Source: an uncultured delta proteobacterium
Lineage (GTDB): Bacteria; Desulfobacterota; Zymogenia; Zymogenales; Zymogenaceae
Length of the DNA: 64,000 nucleotides
Direction: 5' to 3'
Assembly: GCA_963735595.1 (NCBI GenBank)
Contig: CAVTLK010000004.1
Coordinates: 64,001 to 128,000, forward strand
The position numbers were made by a program, and so were the translations under genes. Below, in pieces: positions 1-15,000 of this stretch; position 1 is the first letter of the stretch; every line of letters begins with the position of its first letter. The notes under the pieces were generated by a model. The model did no database searches and was not told the origin of the DNA. It saw nothing but the letters and a program-made list of their open reading frames with translations.

Positions 1-3000
1 GCAGGTGTGCATCCCATATTTTCATCCTGGGCAAAGGTCGCATCGGGTGCATTGACAACCACTGAAATATCACTTTCACCATAGCATCCGTTGCTGTCCT
101 TGACTCTGTAATTAAGATCATAGGTATCTCCTATCATCGTCTTGAATATCGGATTCTGGGTGAAGTAGCTGTTAAGAGGTCCTACTTCTCCGGTCCAGGT
201 ATGTTGCGTCCATGTTCCGGAACCGCCGGTGATGATTGGAGTCATAGTTATGCTAAATTCCGCCGCATGCATTTAACGGATCGCTTGCAAAGGTCACCAC
301 CGGCAGAGAATTGACTGTCAGCAGTGCACCGTTTGAATATGTGTTGGCGCAGAATGCTTTAAGCGCGAGTCTGTACTGGTAGTTGTTGTAAGCAAAAGGA
401 ACATCCACGAGTGCCAGCTGCTGTGTTGTTGTGCCGCTGTAGATCGCATTGTCGTGGATATCGTTCCATCCGCTTCCTGTATTGACCTGCCATCTGAGTG
501 AGTCTACCATCCCTGCTCCGTATGAGAGGAAGTAAACAGGACCGCCAAGGTCGCAAACAGCTGCAGCCACAGGTTGTTTGGTTATTGTCGGAGGGACGTT
601 TACTCTGAGTACAACATAATTCGAGTATACCCCGACCGGTGATCCGCATGTACCTTTTATTATTACTCTGAAGATGGCATTATTATAACCTGCCGGTGGT
701 ACATTCGTCAGCTTAAGTGAATCGGTACCCTGTCCGCTGTATATGCCTCCATTGACAACTGATGCAAACGGAGTTGCTCCGATCTTCACCTGCCAGTCGT
801 ATGTCAGCCCCTCGCCTGTAGCAAAGACTCCGAAGGCTGCATTCTGTGTAGAGCAGATAGTTGTATCTCTCGGCTGTGACTGTATCTCAGGAGCTGTATT
901 TACGGTAAGCAATGCAGAACCGGAAGTCACAGTCTGTGAACATCCTGATACTTCAGCATAGTAAGTGTTGCCGCTCAGATCCCTTGTTGCTCCGTAGATG
1001 GTGAGCTTTTCTGAATCAAATCCATAATATACACCGCCGGTGATCGCAGTTGTTCCCACATACCACTGATAGGTAAGGTCATCACCATCAGCGTCAACCT
1101 CGAAGGAGACAATTCCATATTCACATGTAACAACCGGCAGATGGAGATGATGTAATCGCGGGCAGACGTTTAACCCTGACAACCATCGATTTTGAAGTTG
1201 TGTTGCATATTCCTGTGGATGTTGCCGTGATTGTTGCATTACCATAGAATGCTGCATCCCAGTTCATCACTCCGGTTACAGGATCTATAACACCTGCTGT
1301 TATCGGTAATACCGAGTATGCAATAGATGTGCTGTTATCTGCCGTTGCCGTATAGGTTTCGTTGACTGCATCCTGGCACACTTCCGGCGCTCCGGCTGTA
1401 AATGTTGTAAGTCCTGTTAAAGGATTAACAGTTACTACCACTGTAAATGGTACTCCCGTGCAGCTGCCTGATTTAGGTGTTACTGTGTAGGTTGCTGTTT
1501 CTGTCGATGTCGACATGTTGGTGAGTGTGCCGCTTACCGATGTTCCGCTGCCAGGCATTGCGCCGACAATTGCTCCGGACAGAACCGGCATCGTCCAGGT
1601 GTATGTTGTACCCGAAGGAACAACACCATCTGTGAGGTTGGCCGGTGTAATTGTAAATGTGCTTCCGCTGCAGATTGTCGAAGCCTGGTTATTTATTGCA
1701 GGCATCGGATTAACTGTTACGGTAACCGTGAATGTTGCTCCGGTACAGCTTCCTGAAATAGGTGTTACCGTATATGTCGCGTAAGTGCCGAATACTTGTG
1801 GAATTCGTAAGTGTACCGCTTATGTTTGCAGCATTCGTGCCTGCAGAACCGCCTGCCACTTGCATCCATTGAAAGGAGCCAGCCAGCTGTAGGTTGTTCC
1901 TGCAGGTACAACACCATTGGTGCTGTTGGCAGGAGTTGAGGTAAATGTCTCTCCGCTGCAGATAGCAGCAGTCATATTGGTGACTGCAGGCATCGGGTTG
2001 ACTGTTACCGTTACCGTGAATGTCGGTCCTGTACATGTACCCGACAGAGGTGTTACTGTATAAGTAGCCGTCTGAGGTGTATTCATCGGATTGGTAAGAG
2101 TACCGCTGATATTCAGAGCTCCGCTTCCTGCAGCTCCGCCTGAGATACCTCCCGTTACTGAAGGAGCAGACCATGAGTAGGTCGTTCCTGCAGGCACTAT
2201 ACCGTTTGTTGATTCAACAGGTGTTGTGGTGAATGTTCCTCCGCTGCAGATCACAGCCGTCATATCGGTAATTGTGGCTTTCGGATTAACTGTTACAGTT
2301 ACAGTGAATGTATTTCCTGTACAGCTCCCTGATGTAGGAGTCACCGTATATGTTGCTGTCTGTACAACGTTGGAAGTATTTGTAAGTGTCCCGTTGATGC
2401 TTCCTCCTGCACCCGCAGCTATGCCTGTAAGACTTCCTGTGATCACAGGAGCCGGCCAGGTATAAGTAGTAGGTGTGGGAACAATGCCGTCTGTTCCATT
2501 AAGAGGTGTTAAGGTGAAGCTTCCTCCGCTGCAGATCGTTGCCGACATCGGGTTGATTGCCGGCGTCGGGCTTACCGAGACGTTTACCGTGAAGGATGCA
2601 CCTGTACATGGACCATCAGGTGATGTGGGTGTTACAGTATAAACTGCGACCTGTGGTGCATTTGTCGGATTGACAAGTGTACCTGTTATGGAAGTCTGTG
2701 CGGTTCCTCCTGCACCACCCGAAATACCTCCTGTTACTGAAGGTGCCGACCATGTATATGTAGTATTTGCCGGAACGAGTCCGTTGGTAACGTCTACCGG
2801 TGTAAGCGTGAATGTACCGCCGCTGCAGATCGTTGTGCTCATACTTGTAACTGCAGGCATCGGGTTGACAGTAACAGTTACGGTGAATGTGGCTCCTGTA
2901 CAGCTTCCCGACTTCGGTGTAACAGTATATGTTGCTGTCTGAACACTGACTTGATGTGTTGGTAAGTGTTCCGCTGATGCTTGCAGCATTTGTTCCTGCT

Positions 3001-6000
3001 GTTCCGCCGGTGATGCTTCCTGATGTGGAGGGCGCACCCCAGCTGTATGTTATGTCTGAAGGAACAATTCCGTCTGTAACATCAACAGGACTTACGTTGA
3101 AGCTTCCGCCGCTGCAGATTGCAACTGTCTTATTGCTTACTGCTGGTGTCGGATTTACAGTAACAGTTACTGTAAATGTTGATCCCGTACAGGTTGCTGT
3201 TGCCGGCGTTACAGTGTATGTGGCTGTTCCTGCCGTACTTCCGGTATTGGTGAGTGTGCCGGTTATGCTTGTACCTGTTCCTCCTGCTCCAACCGAGATG
3301 GTTCCCGATATTACAGGTGCTCCCCAGGTGTAGTTCGTTGATGCAGGTACTATTCCGTTAGTGCCGTTGACAGGTGTTACCGTGAATGTACTTCCGCTGC
3401 AGATCGTTGATGTCATGGCACTGACCGACGGCGTCGGATTGACAGTGACAGTTACCGTAAACGTTGCTCCTGTACATGTTGCCGTAGCCGGTGTTACAGT
3501 GTAAGTGGCAGTCTGAACTGCAGTTCGTCGGATTGACAAGTGTACCTGATATGTCGGCTGCCGATGTGCCTGCTGCTCCTCCGGTTATGCCTCCGGAAAC
3601 TGCAGGTGCCGCCCATGTGTAGGTTGTTCCTGCAGGCACTATCCCATCTGTTATATTTACAGGAGCTATTGTGAAGCTTCCGCTGCTGCAGATCGTTGCT
3701 GTCTGGTTATTTACAGCAGGTTTCGGATTTACTGTCACCGTTACTGTGAATGTTGTTCCGGTACAGCTTCCCGTTACAGGCGTAACAGTGTATGTGGCTG
3801 TGGCGGCACGTATTCAGCGAGTTCGCAAGTGTTCCTGTTATGTTAGCACCTGAACCTGCAATACCTCCCGTGATACCTGCATCCATTGCAGGTGGGGTCC
3901 AGGAATAAGTTGTTCCTGACGGAACTATACCATCTGTTATATTTACAGGTGTAAGTGTAAATGTACCGCTGCTGCATGTGGCTGTCGTCAGATTATTGAC
4001 CGCCGGTGTCGGATTCACAGTGACCGTGACAGTGAAGTTTGGTCCTGTGCATGGCTCCGGCAACAGGAGTCACTGTGTAAATGGCTGTCTGTGAAGTGTT
4101 GGAGGAATTGATCAGAGTGCCGGACACTTCTGTTTCTGAAGTTCCCGGTGCCCCGGCTGCCAGTCCGCTTGTTACAGCAGGAGCTGACCATGTATAGAGA
4201 GTTCCCGCCGGCACAATTCCATTAGTGGTGTTTACAGGTAAAGCTGTAAATGTGCCTCCGCTGCATATCGTTGCGGTCATATTTGTAACAGCCGGCTTCG
4301 GATTAACCGTTACGGTAACTGTAAATGGTGTTCCCGTACAGCTTCCTGATTTAGGCGTTACTGTATATATAGCCTGTCCTGCCGTATTCAGTGAGTTGAA
4401 GAGCGTGCCGCTGATGTTTGCAGAGTTGCTTCCTGAAGTTCCTCCGGTAATTCCTGCGCCCATTGTAGGTGCCGACCAGCTGTATGAGATGTCTGCCGGA
4501 ATAATTCCGTCGGTTCCGTCAACAGGTATTGTTGTGAAGGTTCCTTCACTGCATATTGTTGCGGTAAGATCGTTCACTGCAGGCATCGGATTGACAGTCA
4601 CTGTTACGGTGAAGGTTGCTCCCGTACATGATCCCGAGACAGGAGTAACGGTATAGGTTGCCGTTCCTGCCACACTGCCGGTATTGGTAAGAGATCCTGT
4701 AATGTTCGGACCTGCTCCTCCCGCGCCTGCGGATAATGTACCTGAAATAACCGGTGCACCCCATGTATAAGATGTTCCTGCCGGTACAACACCGTTAATG
4801 CCATTTACAGGAGCGGCTACGAATGTCGATCCGCTGCACATAGCTGTTGTCATGTCAGAAATTGCAGGCATCGGATTGACAGTAACCGACACTGTGAATG
4901 TTGAACCTGTACAGCCTCCTGAAACAGGCGTAACAGTGTAAGTTGCTATCTGAGCCGAGTTATTCGGATTGACAAGAGTGCCGGTAATGGCCGCACCTGA
5001 ACCCAGATCACCTCCGGTCATTCCTCCGGTCACTGAAGGAGCCGGCCAGGAGTATGTTGTCCCGCCGGGAACTATTCCGTTTGTCACATCCACAGGTGTT
5101 ACGGAGAATGATCCGCCGCTGCATATTGATGTGCTCATTGCCGATACCGAAGGTTTGGGATCAACAAGAACCGTAATTGTGAATGTTGCACCCGTGCAAC
5201 CGTTGGCAGTTGGTGTTACGATATATGTTGCACTATGCTGGGTGCTGGTCGGGTTTATCAGCGATCCGCTTATGTTTGCCGACCCGCTTCCGGCTGAACC
5301 GCCTGAGATACCGCCGGTAACTGAAGGAGCCAGCCAGGAATAGGTTGTTCCTGCAGGTACAATGCCATCAGCACCGTTTGCAGGCGTAATGGTGAATGAT
5401 CCTGCACTGCAGATCGTAGTGGTCAGGTTATTAATTGCAGGTTTCGGATTAACAGTTACTGTAACTGTAAAGTCAGCTCCGGTGCATGTACCTGTCACCG
5501 GTGTTACGGTATATACTGCTGTGCCTCCTGCATTATCTGTATTTGTCAGTGTGCCTGTAATTGTTGCACCCGATCCGGCTGCTTCTCCTGTTAATGCGCC
5601 CGTGATTGACGGTAAGGTCCAGGTATAAGTTGTGGCTGCCGGTACTATTCCATTGGTAAAGTTAACCGGTGAAACACTGAAGGGTGATCCACTGCAAACC
5701 GTAGAAGTCATTGCATTGATTGCCGGTTTCGGATTCACGGTTACTGTTACTGTAAAGGAGGATCCGACGCAGCTTCCCAGGGCAACAGATGACGTTGGAG
5801 TCACTGTATAAATTGCAGTCTGTGCAGTGTTTGTCGGATTTGTGAGTGTCCCGGTAATATCTGTTCCGCTTCCGGCAATGCCCCCTATAAGTCCGCCTGA
5901 TACAGCCGGAGCAAGCCATGTGTAAGATGTGACTGCCGGTACAAGACCATTGGTGACATCGACAGGAGTGACTGTAAAAGCTGCATCACTGCAAGTTGTT

Positions 6001-9000
6001 GCACTCATATTTGTTACTGCCGGTTTCGGATTTACTGTAACTATTACTGTAAATGTCGCTCCGGTACAGCTTCCCGACTTCGGTGTTACCGTATATGTGG
6101 CTGTCTGAACCGAGCTTGTTGTGTTTGTAAGGGTTCCGCTTATGGTTGCTGCATTAGTACCTGCCGCACCGCCGGTGACCAGTCCTGGTAATACTGAAGG
6201 AGCTGACCATGTGTATGTTGTCCCTGCGGGAACTATGCCATCAGTCCCGTCGACAGGATTGACAGTGAAACTCGTGCCGCTGCAGACAGCAGGCGTAAAG
6301 TCATTTACTGCAGGCATCGGATTAACTGTTACTGTTACCGTAAAGGTGGCTCCTGTACATGGACCAAGCGGCGATTCCGGTGTTACTGTATATGTTACAG
6401 TACCGGCGCTGCTGCCTGTATTTGTCAGAGTGCCGCTGATATTTGCGCCTGATCCTGCTAATACCGGATTGATTGTACCTGCTATTACCGGTACTCCCCA
6501 GCTATATGTCGTTCCTGCAGGTACTATTCCATTTGTACCATTTGCAGGTGTTACCGTGAAGGTGCCGCCGCTGCAGATTGTTGCCGTAATATCGTTAATG
6601 GCAGGTTTCGGGTTGACAGTGACCGTTACCGTGAATGTGGCGCCGGTACATGTTGCCGTGGCCGGGGTTACAGTATAGGTAGCCGTTTGTGGAATATTTG
6701 ATGTATTCACCAGTGTGCCGCTGATGTTTGCTGCCGATGTTCCTGCTGCACCGCCTGTTATACTTCCTGTGATAGTCGGTGCTGCCCAGGTATAGAGTGT
6801 ACCAGCGGGTACTATTCCGTCTGCCGGATCAGCAGGCGTTATAGTGAAGCTGCCTCCGCTGCAGATCGCTGCAGTCTGGTCGTTGATCGCAGGTTTAGGA
6901 TTGACAGTTACCGTAACTGTAAACGTAGCTCCCGTGCATGGACCTGCAGGGGATACAGGTGTAACTATATATTCTGCCGTTCCTGCAGTATTATTGCTGT
7001 TGGTAAGTGTGCCTGTTATGCTGGCGCCTGATCCTGCAACGCCTCCTGCAATACCTGCTGACATCGTAGGCGGACCCCATGAATAGGAGATCCCTACAGG
7101 TACCACTCCGTCGACGCCATTAACAGGTGTCTTGTTGAAGCTTCCGCTGCTGCAGATAGTTGAAGTAAGGCTATTTATAGCAGGCATCGGGTTGACAGTA
7201 ACTGTCAGCGTGAAGGATGAGCCTGTGCACGGACCTGCCGGTGATACAGGTGTTACAGTATAGATGGCTGTCTGTGCTGTGTTGAGAGGATTGGTGAGAG
7301 TACCAAAGATATTGTCGTCCGCTGTTAGCCTCTCCTCCTGTTATGCCGCCGCTCACTGTCGGTGCCGTCCAGGTGTAGGTAGTGCCTGCCGGAACAAGTC
7401 CGTTTGTTCCATCTGCAGGTGTCGCGGTAAAGGTCCCTCCGCTGCATATAACTGCCGTCATGGCTGTTATCGCAGGTTTAGGATTGACAGTTACTGTTAT
7501 TGTAAATGGTGTGCCTGTACAACTCCCCGACTTAGGTGTGACACTATAGGTTGCTGTAAGTACCGAGCTTGTGCTGTTGGTCAGTGTGCCGCTTATACTT
7601 GCTGCGTTGGTACCGGCTGTTCCGCCAGTGACACCAACATCAACGGTCGGTGCTGTCCATGTATAGGTTGTTCCTGAAGGAATGATCCCATCAGTGCCAT
7701 CGACAGGGTTAACTGTGAAAGTGCCTCCGCTGCATATTGCAGGCGTGAAGTTGTTTATCGCCGGCATCGGGTTGACAGTTACGGTTACCGTGAAGGTGGC
7801 TCCCGTACATGGTCCTGCAGGTGATTCCGGTGTTACCGTATAGGTTGCCGTTCCTGCACTGCTGCCTGTATTTGTCAGTGTGCCCGTGATACTGGCTCCT
7901 GATCCTCCTAATACCGGCGGTGTGATTGTCCCGACTATCGTTGGAACTCCCCAGCTGTATGTCGTTCCTGCAGGTACTATTCCATTTGTACCATTTGCAG
8001 GTGTTACCGTGAAAGTTCCGCCGCTGCAGATCGTCGATGTAAGATTATTGACTGCAGGCATCGGGTTAACTGTTACGGTTACCGTGAAGGTGGATCCTGT
8101 ACATGTCCCTGATACCGGTGTAACAGTATATGTGGCTGTATGTACTGCATTTGTCGGGTTGACAAGCGTACCTGAAATATTCACTGCAGATGTGCCTGCC
8201 GCTCCTCCCGTTATTCCTCCTGTTACCGAAGGCGCTGCCCAGGTATAAAGGGTGCCTGCCGGTACCAGTCCGTCTGTTGTGTTGACAGGCGCTATAGTAA
8301 AGCTGCCGCCACTGCATATCACTGCAGTCTGGTCGTTGATCGCAGGTTTAGGATTGACTGTTACCGTAATTGTAAATGGCGTTCCTGTACAGCTTCCTGT
8401 GGCAGGTGTGACAGTGTATGTTGCTGTGGCTGCAGTGTTCAAAGAGTTGGTAAGTGTGCCTGTTATGCTTGCTCCCGATCCTGCAATACCTCCGGCTATT
8501 CCTGCATCCATGGCTGGTGGAGTCCATGAATAGGATATTCCTACGGGTACCAGTCCGTTAACACCATTTACTGGTGTAACATGCTGAAGCTTCCGCTGCT
8601 GCAGATCGCTGAAGTAAGATTATTTATTGCAGGCATCGGGTTGACTGTTACCGTTACCGTAAAGGTCGAGCCTGTACAAGGACCATCAGGTGATACAGGT
8701 GTTACAGTATAGATGGCTGTCTGGGCTGTGTTCAGAGGGTTGGTGAGTGTGCCTGTTATGTCAGTACCGCTGCCTGCCAATCCTCCTGTGATGCCGCCGC
8801 TGACTGTCGGTGCCGTCCAGCTGTAGGTTGTACCTGGCCGGAACTATTCCGTTTGTGCTGTTGACGGGTGTTACCGTGAATGTTCCGCCGCTGCAGATAG
8901 CTGCAGTCATTGCGGTTATTGCAGGTTTCGGATTAACAGTAACAACAATTTCAAATGATGCTCCTGTACAGCCTCCTGTCTTTGGAGTTACTGTATATGT

Positions 9001-12000
9001 TGCTGTCTGAACACTATTTGTGGTATTGGTAAGAGTACCGCTTATGTTTGCAGAATTTGTACCTGAAGCACCACCTGTAATGAGACCGGGTGTTACTGTC
9101 GGACCCGGCCATGAATATATTGTTCCGGCAGGCACAACACCATCGGTTGCATCCACAGGGGTTACTGCGAATGTTCCGCCACTGCAGATTGCTGCAGTGA
9201 GGTCGTTGATGTCAGGTGTCGGGTTGACTGTAACTGTGACTAAGAAGTCGGGCCCCGTACATGCCCCTGCGACAGGAGTCACGGTGTATATGGCAGTACC
9301 GGCTGTGCTTCCGTTATTTGTCAGAGTGCCGGAAATATTTGCTCCACCACCTCCAACACCTCCTGCGATGCTTCCGGTTATTGCCGGAGCGCCCCAGGTA
9401 TATGTAGTACCAACAGGCACTGTTCCGTTTGTGCCATTGACAGGTGTTACCGTGAATGTCTCGCTGCTGCAGATCGCTGCCGACATGCTGTTGATGCCCG
9501 GTGTCGGGTTGACGGTTACCACAGGACCCAGGTGGTTTACCGTGCATGCGCCGTTTCTTTCTATTGCTGAAACCATTCCTGATACTCCGGCGAGAGGGAA
9601 TGTAATATCCACTTCATTATCATCATTTGGTAGGCTGGATACATATGCTCCCGGAGGAGAGCTCCAGGCATATGTAGAACCTATTAATGTGTTATCGGGC
9701 AGGATAGTATAATGTTTTATTCCATCCTTGCAAACTGAATTATCTCCGGTGACGAGAGTCCCGGCTATAACAGGAGAAACAGTAATGGGCAATGTCTTAA
9801 CAGGAGTACTTAAACAGCCTGTTGACAGATTTCTTGCATAAACCGTTATGTTTCCTGATCCTGATGAAGCGCCATTGACAAGGATGAAGTACATTTTTGC
9901 ATCGAATGCCTTTGTGACGATTGCCGGGACTGTCCAGAAATATTCAAATCCTGCGCCGAGGTCATTGATCTGGTATGTTTTGTTTATGGCATCCTGGCAT
10001 ATCGGGGATTCTCCTGTAATTGATGTTAACACAGGAAGAGGATTTACAGTTACGGAATGAACTGAAGTAGTTGGTCCGTTACATCCTGCGGCTTCAACTG
10101 TTATCACTGTTGATCCAAACCAGGTTGCTGCATAAGTAACTTCTCCTGTGGAAGCATTTATTGTATTGCTTCCGGCAATTGAGGCGGCATCAAGACTATA
10201 AGTAAGACTTGTGGAATTTGTGGCTGTTGCTGTATAGGTTACTGTACCTGCTGCCTGGCATCTTGTTGAGCTTGCTCCAAGAGCAAATACCGGTGTACCA
10301 ACAGTCGTAGTGACAGTAACTGTTGTTGAAGCTGAAGGTGATGGTCCGCTGCAACCATTCGCTGTAACCGAAACTGTAGCGACTCCGGTAAATGCTGCAT
10401 CCCAGGTAACTGTTCCTGTAGTGCCTGTCCCTGAGATGGTATTTCCGGCTCCTGTTACTGACCAGTTATATGACGTGGCATTTGCCGCTGATGTTGTATA
10501 GCTTGTCGGAGCGCTTCCCTGGCATATAGTTGATAATGATGGATCCGGTGTACTTGGAGTACCTACATCAGGAAGTACTGTTACAGTACCTGATGCACAG
10601 GCTGTGGTGTTACAGTCTCCCTCCGCACGAACGTAATAGGTTGTGCTTGTACCAGCAGCCGGATTGACGACAAGGCTGGCTCCGGTTCCAACAGCAGTAC
10701 CGCCGCAGGAACTTGTATACCAATGCCATGATGCTCCGGTTCCAAGGCTGCCACCGGTTGGTGTAAGTGTTTTATTCGTTCCAACACAAGTGTTATTATT
10801 GGTGATATTTATTCCTGTTGGTGCTGTTGAAAGGCTCTTAACAGTAACTGCTAAAGTTCTGGCAACGCTTGTACCGCAACTGTTGCCTGCTGTAACAGAT
10901 ATATTGCCATCGTCACCAAAATTACCGGATGTAACAACTATTGCTGTCGTTCCATTACCTGAATTTATGGTCCACCCAGTTGGAACTGTCCAGGTGTACG
11001 TGGTTGCATCTGTTACAGCACTAATGCTATAATTCAGGCTACCGGTAGCAGGACATTGTGCTGCTGTTCCGGTTATTGCTCCAGGCTGTGCCGGTGTGGC
11101 CGGCAATGTGGCATAGCTGATAACATTCGAACTTATTGAGGTGCCGCAGCTGTTACCTGCCCTCACTCTGTAATAATACGTTGTCCCTGCTGTTAGTCCG
11201 GTGACACTATAGGTAACTACATTATTTACATCAAGGTTATTGTATACCCGCTACAAATGACGCAAAAGTGGCTACTGTGGATACATCCAGATAATAATCA
11301 GTTGCATCGGTTGATGCACTCCAGTTAGCGCTTATTGACGTACAGGCTGCGTTTGAGCCGGCGTTCGCTGTCGGTGGTGCCGGTGTGGCTGGCAATGTGG
11401 CATAGCTGATAACATTCGAACTTATTGAGGTGCCGCAGCTGTTACCTGCCCTGACTCTGTAATAATACGTTGTCCCTGCTGTTAGTCCGGTGACACTATA
11501 GGTAACTACATTATTTACATCAAGGTTATTGTATACCCGCTACAAATGACGCAAAAGTGGCTACTGTCGATACATCCAGATAATAATCAGTTGCATCGGT
11601 TGATGCACTCCAGTTAGCGCTTATTGAGGTACAGGCTGCGTTTGAGCCGGCGTTGGCTGTCGGTGGTGCCGGTGTGGCTGGCAATGTGGAATAGCTGATA
11701 ACATTCGAACTTATTGAGGTGCCGCAGCTGTTACCTGCCCTGACTCTGTAATAATACGTTGTCCCTGCTGTCAGTCCGGTGACACTATAGGTAACTACAT
11801 TATTTACATCAAGGTTATTGTATACCCGCTACAAATGACGCAAAAGTGGCTACTGTGGATACATCCAGATAATAATCAGTTGCATCGGTTGATGCACTCC
11901 AGTTAGCGCTTATTGATGTACAGGCTGCGTTTGAGCCGGCGTTGGCTGTCGGTGGTGCCGGTGTGGCTGGCAATGTGGAATAGCTGATAACATTCGAACT

Positions 12001-15000
12001 TATTGAGGTGCCGCAGCTGTTACCTGCCCTCACCCTGTAATAATACGTTGTCCCTGCCGTTAGTCCGGTGACACTATAGGTAACTACATTATTTACATCA
12101 AGGTTATTGTATACCCGCTACAAATGACGCAAAAGTGGCTACTGTGGATACATCCAGATAATAATCAGTTGCATCGGTTGATGCACTCCAGTTAGCGCTT
12201 ATTGAGGTACAGGCTGCGTTTGAGCCGGCGTTGGCTGTCGGTGGTGCCGGTGTGGCTGGCAATGTGGCATAGCTGATAACGTTCGAACTTATTGAGGTGC
12301 CGCAGCTGTTACCTGCCCTCACCCTGTAATAATAGGTTGTCCCTGCCGTTAGTCCGGTGACACTATAGGTAACTACATTATTTACATCAAGGTTATTGTA
12401 TACCGCTACAAATGACGCAAAAGTGGCTACTGTGGATACATCCAGATAATAATCAGTTGCATCGGTTGATGCACTCCAGTTAGCGCTTATTGAGGTACAG
12501 GCTGCGTTTGAGCCTGCGTTGGCTGTCGGTGGTGCCGGTGTGGCTGGCAATGTGGCATAACTGATCGTTCTGAATTTCCTGAGGTGCCGCAGCTGTTACC
12601 AGCTCTCACCCTGTAATAATAGGTCGTACCTGCCGTTAGACCTGTTACACTATAGGTAACTACATTATGTACATCCCTGTTATTATATCCTGCTACAAAT
12701 GACGCAAAAGTGGCCAATGTGGATACATCCAGGTAATAATTGGTGGCACCGGCTGATGCACTCCAGTTGGCGTCTATTGAGGTACATGCAGCGTTTGTCC
12801 CTGCGTTAGCTGTCGGAGTTGCCGGTGTGGCCGGTAGTGTGGCATAACTAATCGTTCCTGAATTGCCTGATAAGCCGCAGGGGTTTGCAGCTCTGACTCT
12901 GTAATAGTAAGTTGTACCGGCAGTCAGACCAGTCACAGAAAATGTAGTAACATTACCAACGTTCCGGTTATTATATCCTGCAACAAATGATGCAAAGGTT
13001 GCAGATGTGGAAACATCCAGAAAATAAGCTGTTGTACCCGTTGAAACACTCCAGTTAGCGCATATAGACGTACACGCTGCATTTGATCCGGCATTAGCTG
13101 TCGGGTCTGCCGGTGTGGCCGGCAATGTGGCATAACTTATAGTGTTTGAATTACCTGATGTTCCACAAACACTTATAGACCTCAATCTGTAATAATATGT
13201 TGTACCTGCTGTTAAACCTGTAACATTCTAGGTTAATACATTGCCAACATTAAGAGCATTATAACCTGCTACAAATGAGGCAAATAGTATTTGATGTTGA
13301 TACGTCAAGCTCATATGCCGTTGCTCCTGCTGCAGCGTTCCAGTTTGCTGTTATTTGCAGGCATTGTGCACCTGTACCGGCAATAGCAACCGGAGCAACC
13401 GATGGAGATGTTGCATAGGAAATAGTATTTGAGTTGGCACTTGTTCCGCAAGCAGCAACTGCTCTGACTCTATAATAATAAGTTGTAAGGGTTGCCAGAC
13501 CTGTTACGGAATAAGTTGAAACGTTACCAACATTCAGATCCTTGTAGCCTGCTACAAATTGAAGTAAATGCGGCATCCGTGGATACATCCAGCCTGTATG
13601 AGGTTGCACCGAATGATGCATTCCAGTTAGCATTGATCGAGGTACATGTCGCACCCGTTCCTGCTGTTGCCACTGGTGCCGGTGGAACAACTGTCCCTGT
13701 AGTTATAACGTTTGAACTAATGCTTGTACCGCAACTGTTACCTGCCCTGACCCTGTAATAATAGGTTGTAAGGGCAGCAAGTCCTGTTACATTATAAGTG
13801 GTGACGTTATTTACATCCAGATTGTTGTATCCTGCTACAAATGATGCAAAGACGGCTGAAGTGGAAACATCCAGGTAATAATCGGTGGCATTGGCTGATG
13901 CATTCCAGTTGGCAGTAAATGCAGTACATCCTGCATTTGTTGCGGCAGTTGCCACAGGAGCGAAGGAGTTGCAGGAAGTGTGGCATAGCTGATAGTTCCT
14001 GAATTGCCTGATGTTCCGCAACTGTTCCCTGCCCTCACTCTGTAATAATAGGTTGTCCCTGCTGTTAGTCCGGTGACACTATAGGTAACTACATTATTTA
14101 CATCAAGGTTATTGTATACCCCTACAAATGACGCAAAAGTGGCTACTGTGGATACATCCAGATAATAATCAGTTGCATCGGTTGATGCACTCCAGTTAGC
14201 GCTTATTGAGGTACAGGCTGCGTTTGAGCCGGCGTTGGCTGTCGGTGGTGCCGGTGTGGCTGGCAGTGTGGCATAGCTGATAACATTCGAACTTATTGAG
14301 GTGCCGCAGCTGTTACCTGCCCTCACTCTGTAATAATACGTTGTCCCTGCTGTTAGTCCGGTGACACTATAGGTAACTACATTATTTACATCAAGGTTAT
14401 TGTATACCCCTACAAATGACGCAAAAGTGGCTACTGTGGATACATCCAGATAATAATCAGTTGCATCGGTTGATGCACTCCAGTTAGCGCTTATTGAGGT
14501 ACAGGCTGCGTTTGAGCCGGCGTTGGCTGTCGGTGGTGCCGGTGTGGCCGGCAATGTGGAATAGCTGATAACATTCGAACTTATTGAGGTGCCGCAGCTG
14601 TTTCCTGCCCTCACTCTGTAATAATACGTTGTCCCTGCTGTTAGTCCGGTGACACTATAGGTAACTACATTATTTACATCAAGGTTATTGTATCCCGCTA
14701 CAAATGACGCAAAAGTGGCTACTGTGGATACATCCAGATAATAATCAGTTGCATCGGTTGATGCACTCCAGTTAGCGCTTATTGACGTACAGGCTGCGTT
14801 TGAGCCGGCGTTCGCTGTCGGTGGTGCCGGTGTGGCCGGCAGTGTGGCATAGCTGATACATTCTGAACTTGCCTGAGGTACCGCAGCTGTTCCCTGCCCT
14901 TACCCTGTAATAATAGGTTGTTCCTGCTGTCAGACCAGTAACATCATATAATAAGAACATTATTAACATCAAGATTATTGTATCCCGCTACAAATGATGC

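Noticed and set aside
11240..12125. Same +1 frameshift (tatacccgctac) in four consecutive FN3 repeats as a programmed or phase-variable switch
   Set aside because: Sister repeats read tatcccgctac, tataccgctac or tatacccctac in frame. The +1 form looks like a merge of variants from mis-mapped reads in near-identical repeats.
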